The notes beneath the pieces were generated by a model that had not been told where the DNA came from, ran no database searches, and saw nothing but the letters and a program-made list of their open reading frames with translations. From the human T2T-CHM13v2.0 reference genome, Homo sapiens, in assembly GCA_009914755.4 (NCBI GenBank), contig CP068257.2, forward strand, positions 6,976,001 through 7,040,000: a stretch of DNA of 64,000 bases, written 5' to 3'. Shown here one piece after another: positions 1 to 15,379 of this stretch. The translations under genes were made by a program, and so were the position numbers. Every line of letters begins with the position of its first letter. Position 1 is the first letter of the stretch.

Positions 1-1243
1 ATAGAAAGTTGCTTCTAAATAGACTATCCTCCACTTGTCATTATTGTTCTCATTTCCCCATCCCACAGTCCTTGTATAATTTACTAGCTTGGACAGTTTA
101 CCTGAGAAATTGGCCTCAAAGCAGAAAGAAACTTAATGCTAATATTAAACTATTTTTGGGTTAAATTATTTTTCTTGGGTTCAAATTCAGTCCCTGCCAG
201 GTAGTGTTTTTTTAGTTTCTGTAGTATTTGATAGCAAGTTGATTCTATTTACAACTTAATAATGATTACATTAGGAACTATTTTGCTTTTAATTCAGTTT
301 GTAGATTAAGGAGGCATTATATAGATTTTTTAGTAATTTTTAGTAACTTTTTTTTAAGTGAAGAAATTCAAGATTCTAGGTTATTACTGGTGGAGGCATT
401 AGTGTGTTTCATATCATAGCTCATTGTTTATTGATGAATTCATACACACATGCAAAAAAAGATAATAGATGCTCAGCAGAAAAAAAGTTCAGTAAGTGCT
501 GAACAGGGTGCTTAACGTAGCAGTGGACAGAAAGGGGCATGATCTTTAATTACTGTGTAAAAAGTGCTGCAACTGGATTGTAGGAGAAGAGCCCATACAT
601 TACAGGGGCAGGTAACCTTTTCTGAATGGTTTGTGTAAATTCTTGATCAAAGCTAAGATCTGAAGGATAATTTAAACTTTGATAATTATAGCTATATTTT
701 AGTTTTAAGGCCTAAGGAATATACTAGATAATTTGTCAGAATATCTAAGTATAATGATAATTTTTCTTCAGAACTATAAAATTACACAAAGTCTGTCTTT
801 TCAAAGTGAGATAAAATTTTGGCATCAAAGCTAACTTTTAAATTATGATGAATAATACATAATTACCAGAAAATTCTTATTTCTGAAATAAAATTATTCA
901 ACATTATTTTTATCTTAGAGTATGACTTTCTGTCTCATATTTTTTAGAACTGTCTACTGCCAACATAATATTAAACTATTGACTAAAAGAATTTAAGATG
1001 TATGTTAGCCAAATCTCAGAGAAAAACCAATGGAAATATTGAGAGAAGTAATTTAGGTATCTCTTGCCCCACTGCCTACCACTAAATAAAATTACAAACA
1101 ATAAAACGTCCTAGGTGGTGATGCAATGAGAGGCACTAATGGTGTGGTAAGAGAGATGATGGTTCACTGGGAGCACTAAGGAAAGGTCTCCTGATGAGAA
1201 AATACGTAAGGCCATACCTGAAGGGTTAGAAAACGCCAGACAT

Positions 1244-1540
1244 GGCTGGCCGTGGTGGATCACATCTGTAATCCCAGCACTTTGGGATGCCAAGCCTGGT
1301 GGATCACAAGGTCAGGTGTTTGAGACCAGCCTGACCAACATGTTATTGCTCCTAAAATACAAAAATTAGCTGGGCCTGGTGGTGCATGCCTGTAATCCCA
1401 GCTACTCAGGAGGCTTGAGGCAGGAGAATTGCTTGAACCTGGGAGGTAGAGGTTGCAGTGAGCCAAGATCACACCACCACACTCTAGCCTGGGTGACAGA
1501 GTGAGACTCCATCTCAAAAAATAAAGAAAGAAAGAAAATG
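1244..1540 (+). mobile_element. Alu SINE (full length, A-rich tail)
   Basis: ggctggccgtggtgg...gtaatcccagcactttggga...ctccagcctgggtgacagagtgagactccatctcaaaaaataaag; ORFs 1260-1742 and 1111-1293 are Alu-derived. Confidence 0.9.
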
Positions 1541-4500
1541 CCAGACTTTTATTGAAGGGCCAGAATGGTATAGTGAAGTGTTCTGAGTCAGCTGGGCTCT
1601 GATTGATACAGAGCTTGGCATGTTTGAAGGACAGCAAGGAAGCCAGAATAGCTGGAGCATAGCAGCAGGGAGACAAGTGCCACAAGATGAGTTGGAGAAA
1701 GGCACTGGGAAAGGTTTGTATTTTAAGTGCTCTGAGAAGCAATTGAAGGTTTGAAATAGAATAGTGACTTGCTTGATCACATTTGTACTTTTGAAAAGTT
1801 CCTCTGGCTGCTGTGGGGAAAGGTTTGAGTAGATGCAGGGTGGGAGAAGCATAACCAGCAGTAGACTCTTGTAGCAGGTTAGTTGAGAGATGGTGGTGGC
1901 CACGAGTGTGCTACTAATGGTGGAAGTGACAAGAAGTAGAAGGATTGGAGACAAAACTTGAAGATAAAAAGTCTTGAATTTGCTGATGATTTGCATTGAT
2001 GAAGTGTTGGGGGAGAGGACTGAAGGAGCAGAGGAGAGTGACAAGGGACTGGATGCCATTTATAAGGATGGGGAAGACTGGGATGAAAGCGGTTAAGGGA
2101 GAAATTTTAAACATGGCAAACTTAAGAGGGGTTTTGTGTGAGAAAATGGAAATGCTAAGAAGGAAGTTGAAAATCCTTCTAATTTGGAGATCTTTGATTA
2201 AAACCAGAAATAAGAATGTGGGAAGCATCAACTTCCAAGATGCCCTCATTGTAGATAATATCATTTAGGATCTAGGCTCAAGCCCTGGGAAACTCCAGGG
2301 CTTTGGAAGTCAAATAGAGGAAGAACACGTACAGGAGGTGAAGAAAGATTAGCGAAGAAGTCAGTGAAATATCCACAGGTGGACTGCTGCCAAATCCAGC
2401 AGAACAGTATGCCAGATGTCAGGAGCATGAGTAAAATGAGAAAAGAGAAATGGCTTTTGACAACACCTCCCTACTAATAGTAGGGAAGAAGACATAGGTA
2501 CAGATTCAAGTTGATTGGAAATTATGAAAGTGAGGTAATTGACCTGCAGTGGTTGCTGCTCAGTGAAATCAGCATAGTGATTACCTGAGCTAGGTTAGAG
2601 ATTTGATGGGTAAGAAAGAACACCTGAGGGTAATCCTGGAGGGAGAAAAATAAAGTGTTTGCTGGAGAGAATGAGTTGGATTGCTGGACTTCAATGTGTG
2701 CGGGTTGAGTTTGTGACTTAAAAATGAAACCAGTCTATTGCTTGTGTGGCTTTTCTCAAAATACTGTTATTCCATTACCTATCTCTTACCCCAAGAGTAG
2801 TCACATTCTTATTTCTGGTTATTTTAATTCCTGGTGTTATTTTTATGTGATTAATGAGATAGTACTTGTTAATTTGATGATATTCTAGAAACCTGGTAAG
2901 TACTATGTACCTTAAGTTTTGGTTACTTGATTGGTAAAATTATGCATGCACCATTGAATTACCTAATTCAAAATATATTCTTTTATTGTTTGACATTTGT
3001 CTTGTTTTTCTTTAAAATGTTATCTTTGTGGAGTAAACATTTTTCTTTATGCTGTTTAGCATCTTCAGATTAGTTCAGGGTATTGCTGAATGTGGTTGTT
3101 CAGAAGTAAAATGCTTTAGTTTTAGTTATATAGATTTTAATAAGATAGTACTTTCTACATAATTTATCAGGCACTTTAGGCATTTTAATTTGCAAATTTA
3201 GGACAATTTGCTTTAACGTTTCTTCACTTTTGTCCATTGGATGTAATTTCCATAAAGTATTCATTTCCCTAAGTAAAAACCGAAACCAAACCGACAACTA
3301 ATGGTCACTGAAGAAAGAGTGATTAAATGCTAAGATTATAATGGTATTTGCATTTTAATGTTACCAGCTATATACAGTTAAAAGTGTATGCATTTATCGA
3401 TTGCTTATGTTTCTCATTGCATTCTTTGGCCTACTGGTTTTTGTTGTTTATAGCTATAGAATATAGAATTCCTTATGGTTATCCATTTCTCCTTTTAAGT
3501 AGAGTGATAGTTGTTAGAAGAAAAATAACCCCCCAATACTTTCTTCTAGTGTTAATTCTTAAAGTGTGATTGACGTTTATTTACTTTTTGGTGCAGTAAT
3601 TGCAGTTCATGAGTCAATGTTGATGTCATATAAACCTTAATTTTTAATGTTTCATTGTAGTGATGTCTCTGTAGCAGCAAACATTTAAGTTATTTGTTAT
3701 AGTTAAATGTTTAAATCACTGTTAGTGATTAGCTTATTTTGCCTTCCTTGAAGCAATTTGTCCTAAATTTCCATACGTTTGCATTTGTTTTTGCTGTCCT
3801 AAAATTCCTTAGTTGCTGGCTTTGACCTTTTATGTTGCTGAGTTTTACACATCTATTTTCTCAACTGCCATATCTTAGGAGGCTTGGAGTACCCATAATA
3901 CAGTGAGCCCACCCTCCTGGTCCCCAGACATTTCAGGAGGTCAGGAAATTTTTAAACCCAGGCAGCTTCCTGGCAGTGCAATTTGGAGCATCAAAGTGGT
4001 ACATAAAATTACATTTACATTCATATATCATTTCTGTCTGATTTGTTTTGCCCTACTGGATGTTAAGAATTAAATCTTTCTTTTCTAGATTGAGTTTCCA
4101 GAAACACTTTTTAAATCTAAAAATTTTAATGTAAAGAAATAATATGCTTGCATTTAAAAATCAAGTATACATTTTTAATACCTCTTTTATGGTTAATTCC
4201 TTTTGTTGTGATTACTACTGGTTTTATGAGGGAGAAGTCCTTGACATGTAGACCAAAAGGTAATTAAGGATCTTTTCATTCATGATATCATAAAACTTTG
4301 TTGCTTAGAAAAAAGCAAAAGAAAAAACTCCATTAATTTATTATGTTCTCATGGAGAAGAAATACCAAAATTGTGGCAGATTTCATTGTCTGTTTAATAC
4401 CTTAAAATCACAAGGCTTTTTCCCCCATGACATTGGTTGATGGCTCTGCCAGTCCTTGAAGTGAGTTAAGTAGTGTGATACATTTTGAAGAGAAAAAAAT

Positions 4501-4903
4501 TACTTTGAAAAAGTATTAACTCAAAAGTTAAAAAACTTCATTGACTGGAGATGACAGTTTTTCTTCATATTCTATATTTAATATTCTGGAATATGGCTGT
4601 TTAATTTAGACTAATGAAGGATTTTAAGGAATTCTAGATTATACTATATTTTCTTTCATGACTGGAAGAACTATTTTTTTAACCTCCCTACCTCCCCCTG
4701 ATATCATCTAAGATATTGAAGTATAAATATGCCTCATTTGACAGTTTGATAATATAGACCACCAGTTTTTACTTAATTTTTTTCTGGGTCAGAATTTCAT
4801 GTTGGAGAAAATAAATTGAGAGACTACTGTAGTCTTGATTTTTAATCACTGACTTAATTTTTCAAAAATCTTTTATACCAATTTAATAACACAAAACAAA
4901 CTC

Positions 4904-5215
4904 GGCTGGGCGCAGTGGCTCATTCCTGTAATCCCAGCACTTTGGGAGGCTGAGGGGGCAGATCACTTGAGGTCAGGAGTTCGAGGCCAACCTGGCCAAC
5001 ATGGTGAAACCCTGTCTCTACTAAAAATACAAAGAAATTTAGCCGCGCGTGGTGTCATGTGCCTGTAATCACAGCTGCTAGGGAAGCTGAGCAGGAGAAT
5101 TGTTTGAACCCAGGAGACGGAGGTTGCAGTGAACCAAGATCGCACCATCGCACTCCAGCCTGGGCAAAGAAGTGAGACTCCGTCTCAAAAACAAACAAAA
5201 AACCCAAAAAACTAA
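4904..5215 (+). mobile_element. Alu SINE
   Basis: ggctgggcgcagtggctcattcctgtaatcccagcactttgggaggc ... gtctcaaaaacaaacaaaaaac. Confidence 0.9.
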
Positions 5216-5835
5216 CCTGACCCCATCCATCCGTTGTGCAAAGAACCTGATGCACTTCTCTAAAGGGATCTCAAGGAGAGCAGGGTAAGAGAAGACAGGA
5301 GTGGCAGTTTGAAACTGGGAGCTGGCTGTATTTATTACATCCAAAGGGAGAAAAGCCATTCCTCCCGTTCCTTTTGTTCATGTGTATCTATTTTATGTTT
5401 ACAGTATCACCATAAATTTTTCACTTGGAAACCATTCTGCTAAATAGGGAATAAGTTCATTTCAAACTATGATAAGGGACATCAGTTGAAGATATGACAT
5501 ATTATTTAACTTATCATGAGGGAAACATCTAAGTATTTTCCTGAGCATCTGGATAATTTTAAATATACATAATTCTTCTACTTAGGTAGGTGCCAGGTTT
5601 CTTCAAGGAGTAATTAATTAGTACAAACAAGGGTGAGGGGGCAGGGAACACCATACTCTGGTACTTAATGTCTGAAATTATCAGGGAATTTAACACATTT
5701 TCCCATAGATTTATTTCTTGTGTAAGAAGTCAGATAAATTATTTCCATTTCAAGTATTTATTATTCAGATTATTTAAAGCAAAGCTTTCACAAAGCCTTT
5801 TGTCAGCTTTCCTGTAATCCTCAAATAATTTTTCC

Positions 5836-6010
5836 TGGCTGGATGCTTTGGCTTACTCCCATAATCCTGGCACTTTGGGAGGCAGAAGCAGGAGGATCAC
5901 TTGAGCCCAAGAGTTCTAGGCTGCAGTGAGCTGTGATCACACCACTGCAGTCCAACCTGAGTGACAGATCAAGTTCTTGTCTCAAAAATAAAAGTAATAA
6001 CAATAATAAT
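5836..6010 (+). mobile_element. Alu with internal deletion
   Basis: Alu 5' arm joined to 3' end (…gcactttgggaggcagaagcaggaggatcacttgagcccaagagttctaggctgcagtgagctgtgatcacaccactgcagtccaacctgagtgacag…aaaataaaagtaataacaataataataaa). Confidence 0.7.
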
Positions 6011-7785
6011 AAATTTTCCTCTAAATACAATGGTGAATGAGGTAGAAATGTTGAGTTCATAAGAGAACTGTTGAATAGTGAAGGAAACTGACTTAATTTT
6101 AATGACAGGAAGAATACTGTCACACACTAGCAAAAATGAACTTTCATGCTGATGTAGCAGTACAGAATATGCTTCCAACCCAGGGACGCTGGAGCCAGGC
6201 TTGCTAGCTAAGTGACCTTGGACAAGTTACTTAACTATTTTATTCCTCAGCACACTCATCTCAAATGAGGATAATAAAACCTACTATATGGGATGGATGA
6301 GAGTAAAAAATACTTAGATTAGTACATAGTAAGTACTCAATAGATGTTAGCTATTACTGTAATCAATGCAAGACCAGTTAATGAGAGAGTTTTTCCTTAT
6401 CCTTACTCTATATTGAATACGATTTGTTGCACTTCGAAATATCTGGATCAGGCTACAGTTGTTGTCGTCACCGAGAATGTAGGAGTGGGAAAGAGAAAAA
6501 TCATGCAAAGGCTTGCTGATAGCGTTCACATTGACAGGCCTAAAGTATGATTCTAAGGTTGTAAGCATTTTATATTTAGATTTTTAAGTTGTGGAGTATA
6601 CTTTTAAAGATAAAAATAATAAGCCAGGTCTTTTACTACTTATCTAAAGAAGTGTTTGTATAACATTTAATAAAATGTTTTATCTCAGTGGCATTTGGAT
6701 TTAAAAATTATTTTGGGCTGTTACAGAATGTTGACTTTTCCTAATCTGTTACATAGGGCCATGGGTCTGGATTTCCAAGAAAGCGGAGACCTTGAGGTGC
6801 AGGACTGTCGGGGCGAGGTGGCCGAGGCAGGTCAAAGCTGAAAAGTGGAATCGGAGCTGTTGTATTGCCTGGGGTGAGGCTTGCTTCATGTATATTTTCT
6901 CTAATCTAAATGTCAGTTAATGATGAAAGTCTCATAGCAAGTTAATTTGATCTTATGAGTCATATAAATAGGTCAAAATGTTTATTTTACTGTCCTACTT
7001 TTCTTTTTTTTTGAGCCTCTGGTTACATTTTCTTGTATATTTACTTTCTCATCCTTTCTCTTTTCTTACCTTCCTCTTTGACTCCTTATCTTTCTATGCC
7101 AACCCTCTCTAAAAAGTCATTATGTAATATAGTAGCTCTTTTATTTAAAAAATTTTAAGATTGATAGATATTTGCTTACTATCATGTTATGAAGCTTTAT
7201 TTGTATGTGTATTACAAATACATTTGCTAACTACTAGCAAATATTTTATGTAATAACTTCGCTATTTTATTAAAATCCTGTTTTTAAAATTCTGAAATGT
7301 CATTTTAAGTATAGGAGACAGGTGAAATTGTTCAAGTTTACTACTAAACGAGGAATAAGGAAGCTTAGATTCTCGTCCTTTTTTCAAAAAGAAAAATTTT
7401 AAAACCAGGCTTATTGAGGTATAGTTGACATAAGCTATATTTGACTTGACATGTACAATTCCATCAGCTTTGATATATATATATACACCCTTGAAAACGA
7501 TACCACAATCATGACAGTGAATATATTCATCTCCCAACGTTTCTTCATGTCCCTCTGTAATTTTCTGCATTCCCCCTGCCATCCGTCCTTGTCCCCAAGA
7601 TTAGTTTGCATTTTCTAGAGTTGTATATAAGTGGAATCATACAGAACTGTATGCTTTTTGGACTGATTTATTTCAGCACAATTATTTGGAGATTCATCTA
7701 TGCTGTTGTATTTGTTAACGGTGTACTCCCTTTTCTTGCTGTGTATTAATTAAACTGTGGATGCACAACAGTTGTAGACCTGTGC

Positions 7786-8091
<306 letters not shown>

Positions 8092-8282
8092 TAATGTCTT
8101 CATCTGGTTTTGGTATCAGCATAACTCCAGCTTCATAGAATGAATCAGAAAGTATATTCTCCTCTTCAGTTTTCTGAAAAAGTTGTGTAGTAGTGGAAAT
8201 GTATCTTCTTATATTATACATGAATTTATTAGTGAAACCATCTTGGCCTGAAATTTTCTTTGTGGGGGGTTTTTGTTGTGTT

Positions 8283-8840
<558 letters not shown>

Positions 8841-10513
8841 GGACAGTTTTTAACAAAAAATTTTATTTCTTTAATAGGTACCTATTTAGGTTATCTGTCT
8901 CTCCTTTCATAAATTTGCATCTTTCAAGAAATTTGTTCATTTCATCTATCTTGACAAATTAAAGGAATGGAGTTGACCATAATGTTTCTTATTATTTTAG
9001 TACCTGTAGAATCTGTAGTGATTTCACCTTCCTCATTCTTGATACTAATAATTTGTATCTTGTCTTATTTTTTTCCTGATCAGTCTGGCTAGAGATTTAT
9101 CAATCTTATTGATCTTCTTGAGTCAGCCTTTGTTTTCATGGACTTTTCTCTATTTTCTTTCCCCTTTCTGTTTTATTGATTTATATTCTCATCTTTATTT
9201 CTTCCTATCTTCTCACTTTGAGTTTAATTTGATCTTCTTTTTTTGTTTACTCTTACGTGTCCCTGCTTGGAAGGGACACTTGTGAAGTTTAGGTCAGAGC
9301 TTTCTATTCTCCTTGGCTTATATCTGTCGTCTAGGAAAATGATATTTCTATCACCTTCTGGATAAATCACACTATTATCTATGCAGGCAACAATAGCACA
9401 TATTTTCTCAAAGACTACCTTTGCCCTCAAGTTAGGTTTTATTTTTCTAGCAGTCTAAAGGTCATGAAATCAATTATAAAATAAAAACAGTGGGTCTTCA
9501 AGCTAGATGATACTGTTTTCTTTCTTGCATGGACAATTATTTTAAAATGTTTTGGTTTTTCTGCACTTATTATTTAAATATGACTCCCCACCCCCACTTG
9601 AATCTAGGGACATTGTAGTTTTCTACTGCAGACTTTATTTCCAGTTTATACTGGGAATATATTGTTTATATCATTTTCAGTGAAAGCATTCACTGGTTAA
9701 ATTTCCTTTTAAAAATAATAATGGATCTTTACAATTTCTTTGAGCTGCTCAGTGTGTATAATGTGTTGAATTTTCTGTAAGTGGTTGGGAGGTAGAAATA
9801 GATACTTTATCTCTATTTTAGCCATTTCCAAAATTATATAACTCAATAGTCTTGTCAATGCATCATTAGTCCTATGACTGAATTAATGATTACTTTTAGT
9901 AGTCACTTAATTTCTTACTGATGATGATGATTCTACTTCTGTGAATCATCTTGGATGATTCTCTAAAATCTTAGAAAGCTGATTTTGTTAATGCTATGCA
10001 TATAACACATTAATACATTTTCTCTATTAAAAGAATTAAAGCGTTATAGGTAGATCAGAATTTACCATTACTAACTCCTCAGTCCTCCTTATTTCCCTGT
10101 TACCAGTTTGGTATATTTATATATTAGGTTGATCCATATGAAATTGCCAATATTATTTCTGAACTGATGAAAAGCAGCAATTTCTTATGAGTCAACCTAT
10201 TATATGTGCCCATAGACTACATATAATGAATTTGCATGTTTTTATATTATAGTGCTATACCTCAAATACTGTTCTGCAATTTATTTTTTCACTCAACAGT
10301 GTCTTTTGATAATTTCTTTCATGGCAATCTATACAAGTTTCTACCTCCCTACTTTTAAAATGTTTCGTACTTTCCTAATGTTTGGATTTGTCATTGCTTT
10401 ACTTACTCCCTAATGATTAATATTGGCATTATTAACACTTGTAGTCATTAGGGTTCATATGACTATAAATTGCTCTTATAAAGCATTAGTACTATCCATT
10501 GAAACTGCTTTTA

Positions 10514-10876
<363 letters not shown>

Positions 10877-10902
10877 CTATTTAGTTAACCAACCAAACTT
10901 CC

Positions 10903-11242
<340 letters not shown>

Positions 11243-11627
11243 TAATTCAGTTGTGTTATGTTTTGACCTTGAACATAACCTGTTGTGTTTCAACTGTCTT
11301 TCCAGGCTTCGATTGTAAGCTTTTTAAAGAAAGAGGATTGTATTTTATGATTTTGGCAGTGCCCTCCTTGTCTTCTTCTACAACTTCTAGTTCAGAGCTT
11401 TATTTTGTTTCATAATCACTCTAGAAATTATTAACAAACCAGTGGGTACTTAGTTGATTTAGTCAAATAGAACTAAGTCCAGACTGAACAATATTGGTTG
11501 ATAATCATTTGGCTAATACTGAAATTTTGATGTTATTCAAAATAATATTCTAAAGCGGTGCTAATAGAAATATAATGAGAACCACATATGCACCTTAAAA
11601 CTTCCTAGTAGCCACATTAATAAGTTA

Positions 11628-11900
<273 letters not shown>

Positions 11901-12379
11901 TTAATTTTAATGCCTTCCATTTCGATATATTTAAAATATTACCATTTCAACATGTAATATGTAATTATGTGCTGTATTTTATGTTTGCAGGACATCTCAG
12001 TTCAGACTAACTACATTGCAGATCCCAAGTGTGTGTCATTAAAATAGTGATAGATTTGTGTGTGTACATACATATAATATTATCATTTATAGTTTCTTGA
12101 TTAGAATTCTGCATAATCAAGTCTTACTAAGACAGGTTTATTATATTTTCTCATTACTTATTGGTCTATAGGAATTCTACCTCTAAAGAGAGAATTAGGT
12201 GAATAATAAAATGTCATGACTCCATTTTATAGTACTATCTTAGCATTAATATTTGGAATTGTTATTCTAGACCTTAGCAAAAATATATGTTTTGATTATG
12301 AATTTTCTGAAGCTTTCCAGTTAAGTGTAAAACAAGTGAAAAATATAACTTCGTATTTTGTGTATTTTGCTTTTTATAG

Positions 12380-12481
12380 GTGTCTACTGCAGATATTTCA
12401 TCAAATAAGGATGATGAAGAAAACTCTATGCACACTACGGTTGTGTTGTTTTCTAGTAGTGACAAATTCACTTTGAATCAG
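12380..12481 (+). CDS. KMT2C: Internal coding exon, KMT2C (MLL3)-type: VSTADISSNKDDEENSMHTTVVLFSSSDKFTLNQ (phase 0, 34 codons)
   Basis: Acceptor tttttatag|G at 12378-12379, donor cag|gtttga at 12482-12483. The open frame joins the next exon in phase. The peptide ...SSDKFTLNQ immediately precedes DMCVVCGSFG in KMT2C as I recall it. Could be authentic KMT2C or a pericentromeric KMT2C-derived paralog. Confidence 0.65.
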
Positions 12482-12673
12482 GTTTGAACTTGAAAATTTA
12501 CTGTCTTCCTCATTGAATTCCTCCTTGCACATTTCTGCTTTATCTCATATACACAGAAGTGATCCAATATTTAGCTATAGAGCTATATTAGTTAAGAAGG
12601 TATTTTTAAAGTAAAATTTGTAGGTTTTTAGCTTAGTCTCCATTTAAAATATGTTCTGTTTTCTTAACTTCAG

Positions 12674-12778
12674 GATATGTGTGTAGTTTGTGGCAGTTTT
12701 GGCCAAGGAGCAGAAGGAAGATTACTTGCCTGTTCTCAGTGTGGTCAGTGTTACCATCCATACTGTGTCGGTATTAAG
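12674..12778 (+). CDS. KMT2C: Internal coding exon encoding a PHD zinc finger: DMCVVCGSFGQGAEGRLLACSQCGQCYHPYCVGIK (phase 0, 35 codons), KMT2C-type
   Basis: Acceptor ttaacttcag|GAT, donor AAG|gtaaac. Cys4-His-Cys3 spacing is typical of a PHD finger. Matches the remembered KMT2C segment CVVCGSFGQGAEGRLLACSQCGQCYHPYCVSIK with one difference (G instead of S). Confidence 0.75.
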
Positions 12779-15256
12779 GTAAACATCCTTAAATTGAGTT
12801 AACAAATACGTATTGAATTTTTATTTGGTTTTAGTAGTAACATGAGCTCCTAGTTCTCACAATTAAGTATTATGATTATTAAACATATGTGACAGTATTT
12901 AAGCACTTTAAATACTGCTTTTAAGGGTTTCCTATCTCAAGAAATTTGCTCCTCTATAAATCTTATATTGTACTAATATCCTGCTTTTGTCTTGAAAAAG
13001 TAAAACATAAAAATATATGCATTTAATTTAAAAGACAATTTATACTATTCACAAAGATTTTAGGTTTAGGTGATTCATTTTGTCTGTTTATTTAAAAAGC
13101 TGAGAACTGGAGTATTTAGTAAAAAATTATTGGCCCATTCTGTTCTTTCCCGCATTCTCTCTCCTCTGTGCTCACTCATATACAAAATGACATTTTCTCC
13201 TTATAGCCAAAAGAAACAAAACAAGTGTCATATTTAATGCAATTGGTAATAATCGAGAGTCAGCACTGCTCACTTTCAAGCATTTCAGTATAGAGGCTTT
13301 CTGGGGAACGTTTTAAGTGGTATCGTGTGCTTGGTTTTAAATATGGACAGGTCTCAATACTTCACTAGTTGTATCTAAGGTTCTTGGTTTTTTCTTTTTA
13401 AGAACTCAGTCTTAATAAAACTTACATATTTGAATAAAGTGTCATGGCCACTGAAAGCAAGCATGGAGGTATAGCTGTACAGCAGAGGTCTTAAACTGTA
13501 TACTCCATGGACCTGACTGTGGCCTGGGGGTTGGGGACCCCTGCTATAGAGGTTTCAGATTTAAATTCAGAAGTTAGAATGAAAAAGAATTATATTCTTT
13601 ATCTAAATGATTTCACAGTTAACTGAGAGAAAGTCAGTATAAGTTGAAAAGTTTATCAGTGTTAATAAGAATGAAAAATATGTACAATATGCAATTACTA
13701 TTAAATATAATTTGCCCATAGTTGCACACTGATTTCATTATCATGACAGTTAAGTATCAGAGCTTCTGGTTTCTCACTCTTCATTCATGTATTCAGCAAC
13801 CATGTGCTAAGGTACTAGGACAAGCACTGGATTAACAAGATAAAGATGATAAGGTCCACCCCTCAACAACTGTATGCTATAATCCAAAAAACAGGCAATT
13901 CCCATACAGAGTCATACATACAATGACAGGCATAAGACACCACTTACTGGAAGACATAGAAGGGATACTAGCCCAGGTTTGTGTCAATATTGTAGGCTTT
14001 TTGGTAGAGGCAATTCATAGGTTGATAGCTGAAGGGGAAGGAAAACACATGTAGGATAGAGGGAAGAAGTAAATGCAAAGAGCTGGAGGTGAGGATGATC
14101 ACTGTGGAGCTCCGTGTAGTCTAGTTTGGCTGGATGCTAGAACAAAGGTGCAGAGTATGGTAAGTGGCGAAAGATAAGGCTGAATAACCTGACAAGAACC
14201 ACACTGATGTGAGAGTTTTGATTCCATGCTAAGGAATTTTCAACTTTTCCCAGGTGCAAAAGGAAACCAATGACAAAGTCAATGACTAGAGATTTAAAAT
14301 GTCACTGGTCAAGTGACTGCTTGTGACCTGTAATTGCTTAACTAATTATTATCACATGAGTGTGGGGTCTGTTAGCCTTAAATCACTACCTTAACCTTGA
14401 GAAGTTGATGATGCCTTTGTTTTCTGAGAACAGTTTCCGTGTGCAGGCTGACAGTTCTATAGGGGTGGCAGAAGAAAAGTGTAGGGCCAGAAAAAAAGAT
14501 ACACAGACTTCTTGTGATTTTTTTAAAGCTATGGAACATGATGAAGTAACAAAGCATAAGTATACCCTTCACTATGAATGATTATGTTTTCACATCTTTC
14601 ACTAGATGTGTGTAAGAAAAAATATTTAACGTAGCATGTATTAACCAAGCTATTGAGAGGAATACCGTTCACTACTTACAGTTTATTTCAGAAATCAATG
14701 ATTTGAATTTAATTCATAAATTTTGGCAACATACCTTCATCTAGCTCTTGAACACCTGGCAGCATCTGAAATAAATCAAATATTACTTATAAAGTTTCAG
14801 TCAAACAAGAGACATTATCATGTAAACCCACTGCAAGTCAAGGAGCATCTGTACTGTAGATTGATCATCCCTAATCTATAAATCTGAAATCCAAAATGCT
14901 CTACAACCTGAAACTTTTTGAGCTCGGACATGACACCACAACTGCAACATTCCACACCTGACCTCATGTGACAGGCTCTGGGGAAAACAGTAAAAACTTT
15001 GTTACCTGCAAAAAATTACTGTAAAATATTGTAGAGAATTACCTTCAGGCTATGTGCATAAGGTATATATGAAACATAAATGAATTTCATGTTTAGACTC
15101 AGGTACCATCCCCAAGATATTTCATTAGGTATATACAAATATCCAAAATCTGAAAAAAATCTACTTTTGGTCCCAAGCATTTTGGACAAGGGACATTTAA
15201 CCCGTCCTACTGGAAAAATAAAATTCCTTTTCAGTATGACAGAAATTAAGAGATCA

Positions 15257-15379
<123 letters not shown>

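Noticed and set aside
1111-2268. Several ORFs of 60-180 aa on both strands (e.g. 1260-1742, 1514-2059, 1996-2268)
   Set aside because: They overlap an Alu and its A-rich tail or flanking low-complexity sequence. The peptides (e.g. ...[28 protein letters not shown]...) are the classic Alu-translation artefact. No splice structure or homology.
6760-6880. Short GC-rich patch (…gtcggggcgaggtggccgaggcaggtcaaagctg…)
   Set aside because: It is too short and too CpG-poor to call a CpG island or promoter. There is no adjacent first exon or TATA/Inr context I can support.
9224-9430. 68-aa minus-strand ORF in apparently unique sequence
   Set aside because: It lies within an old L1M-like antisense fragment. 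It has no recognisable domain and no splice-site bounding consistent with the neighbouring genes.
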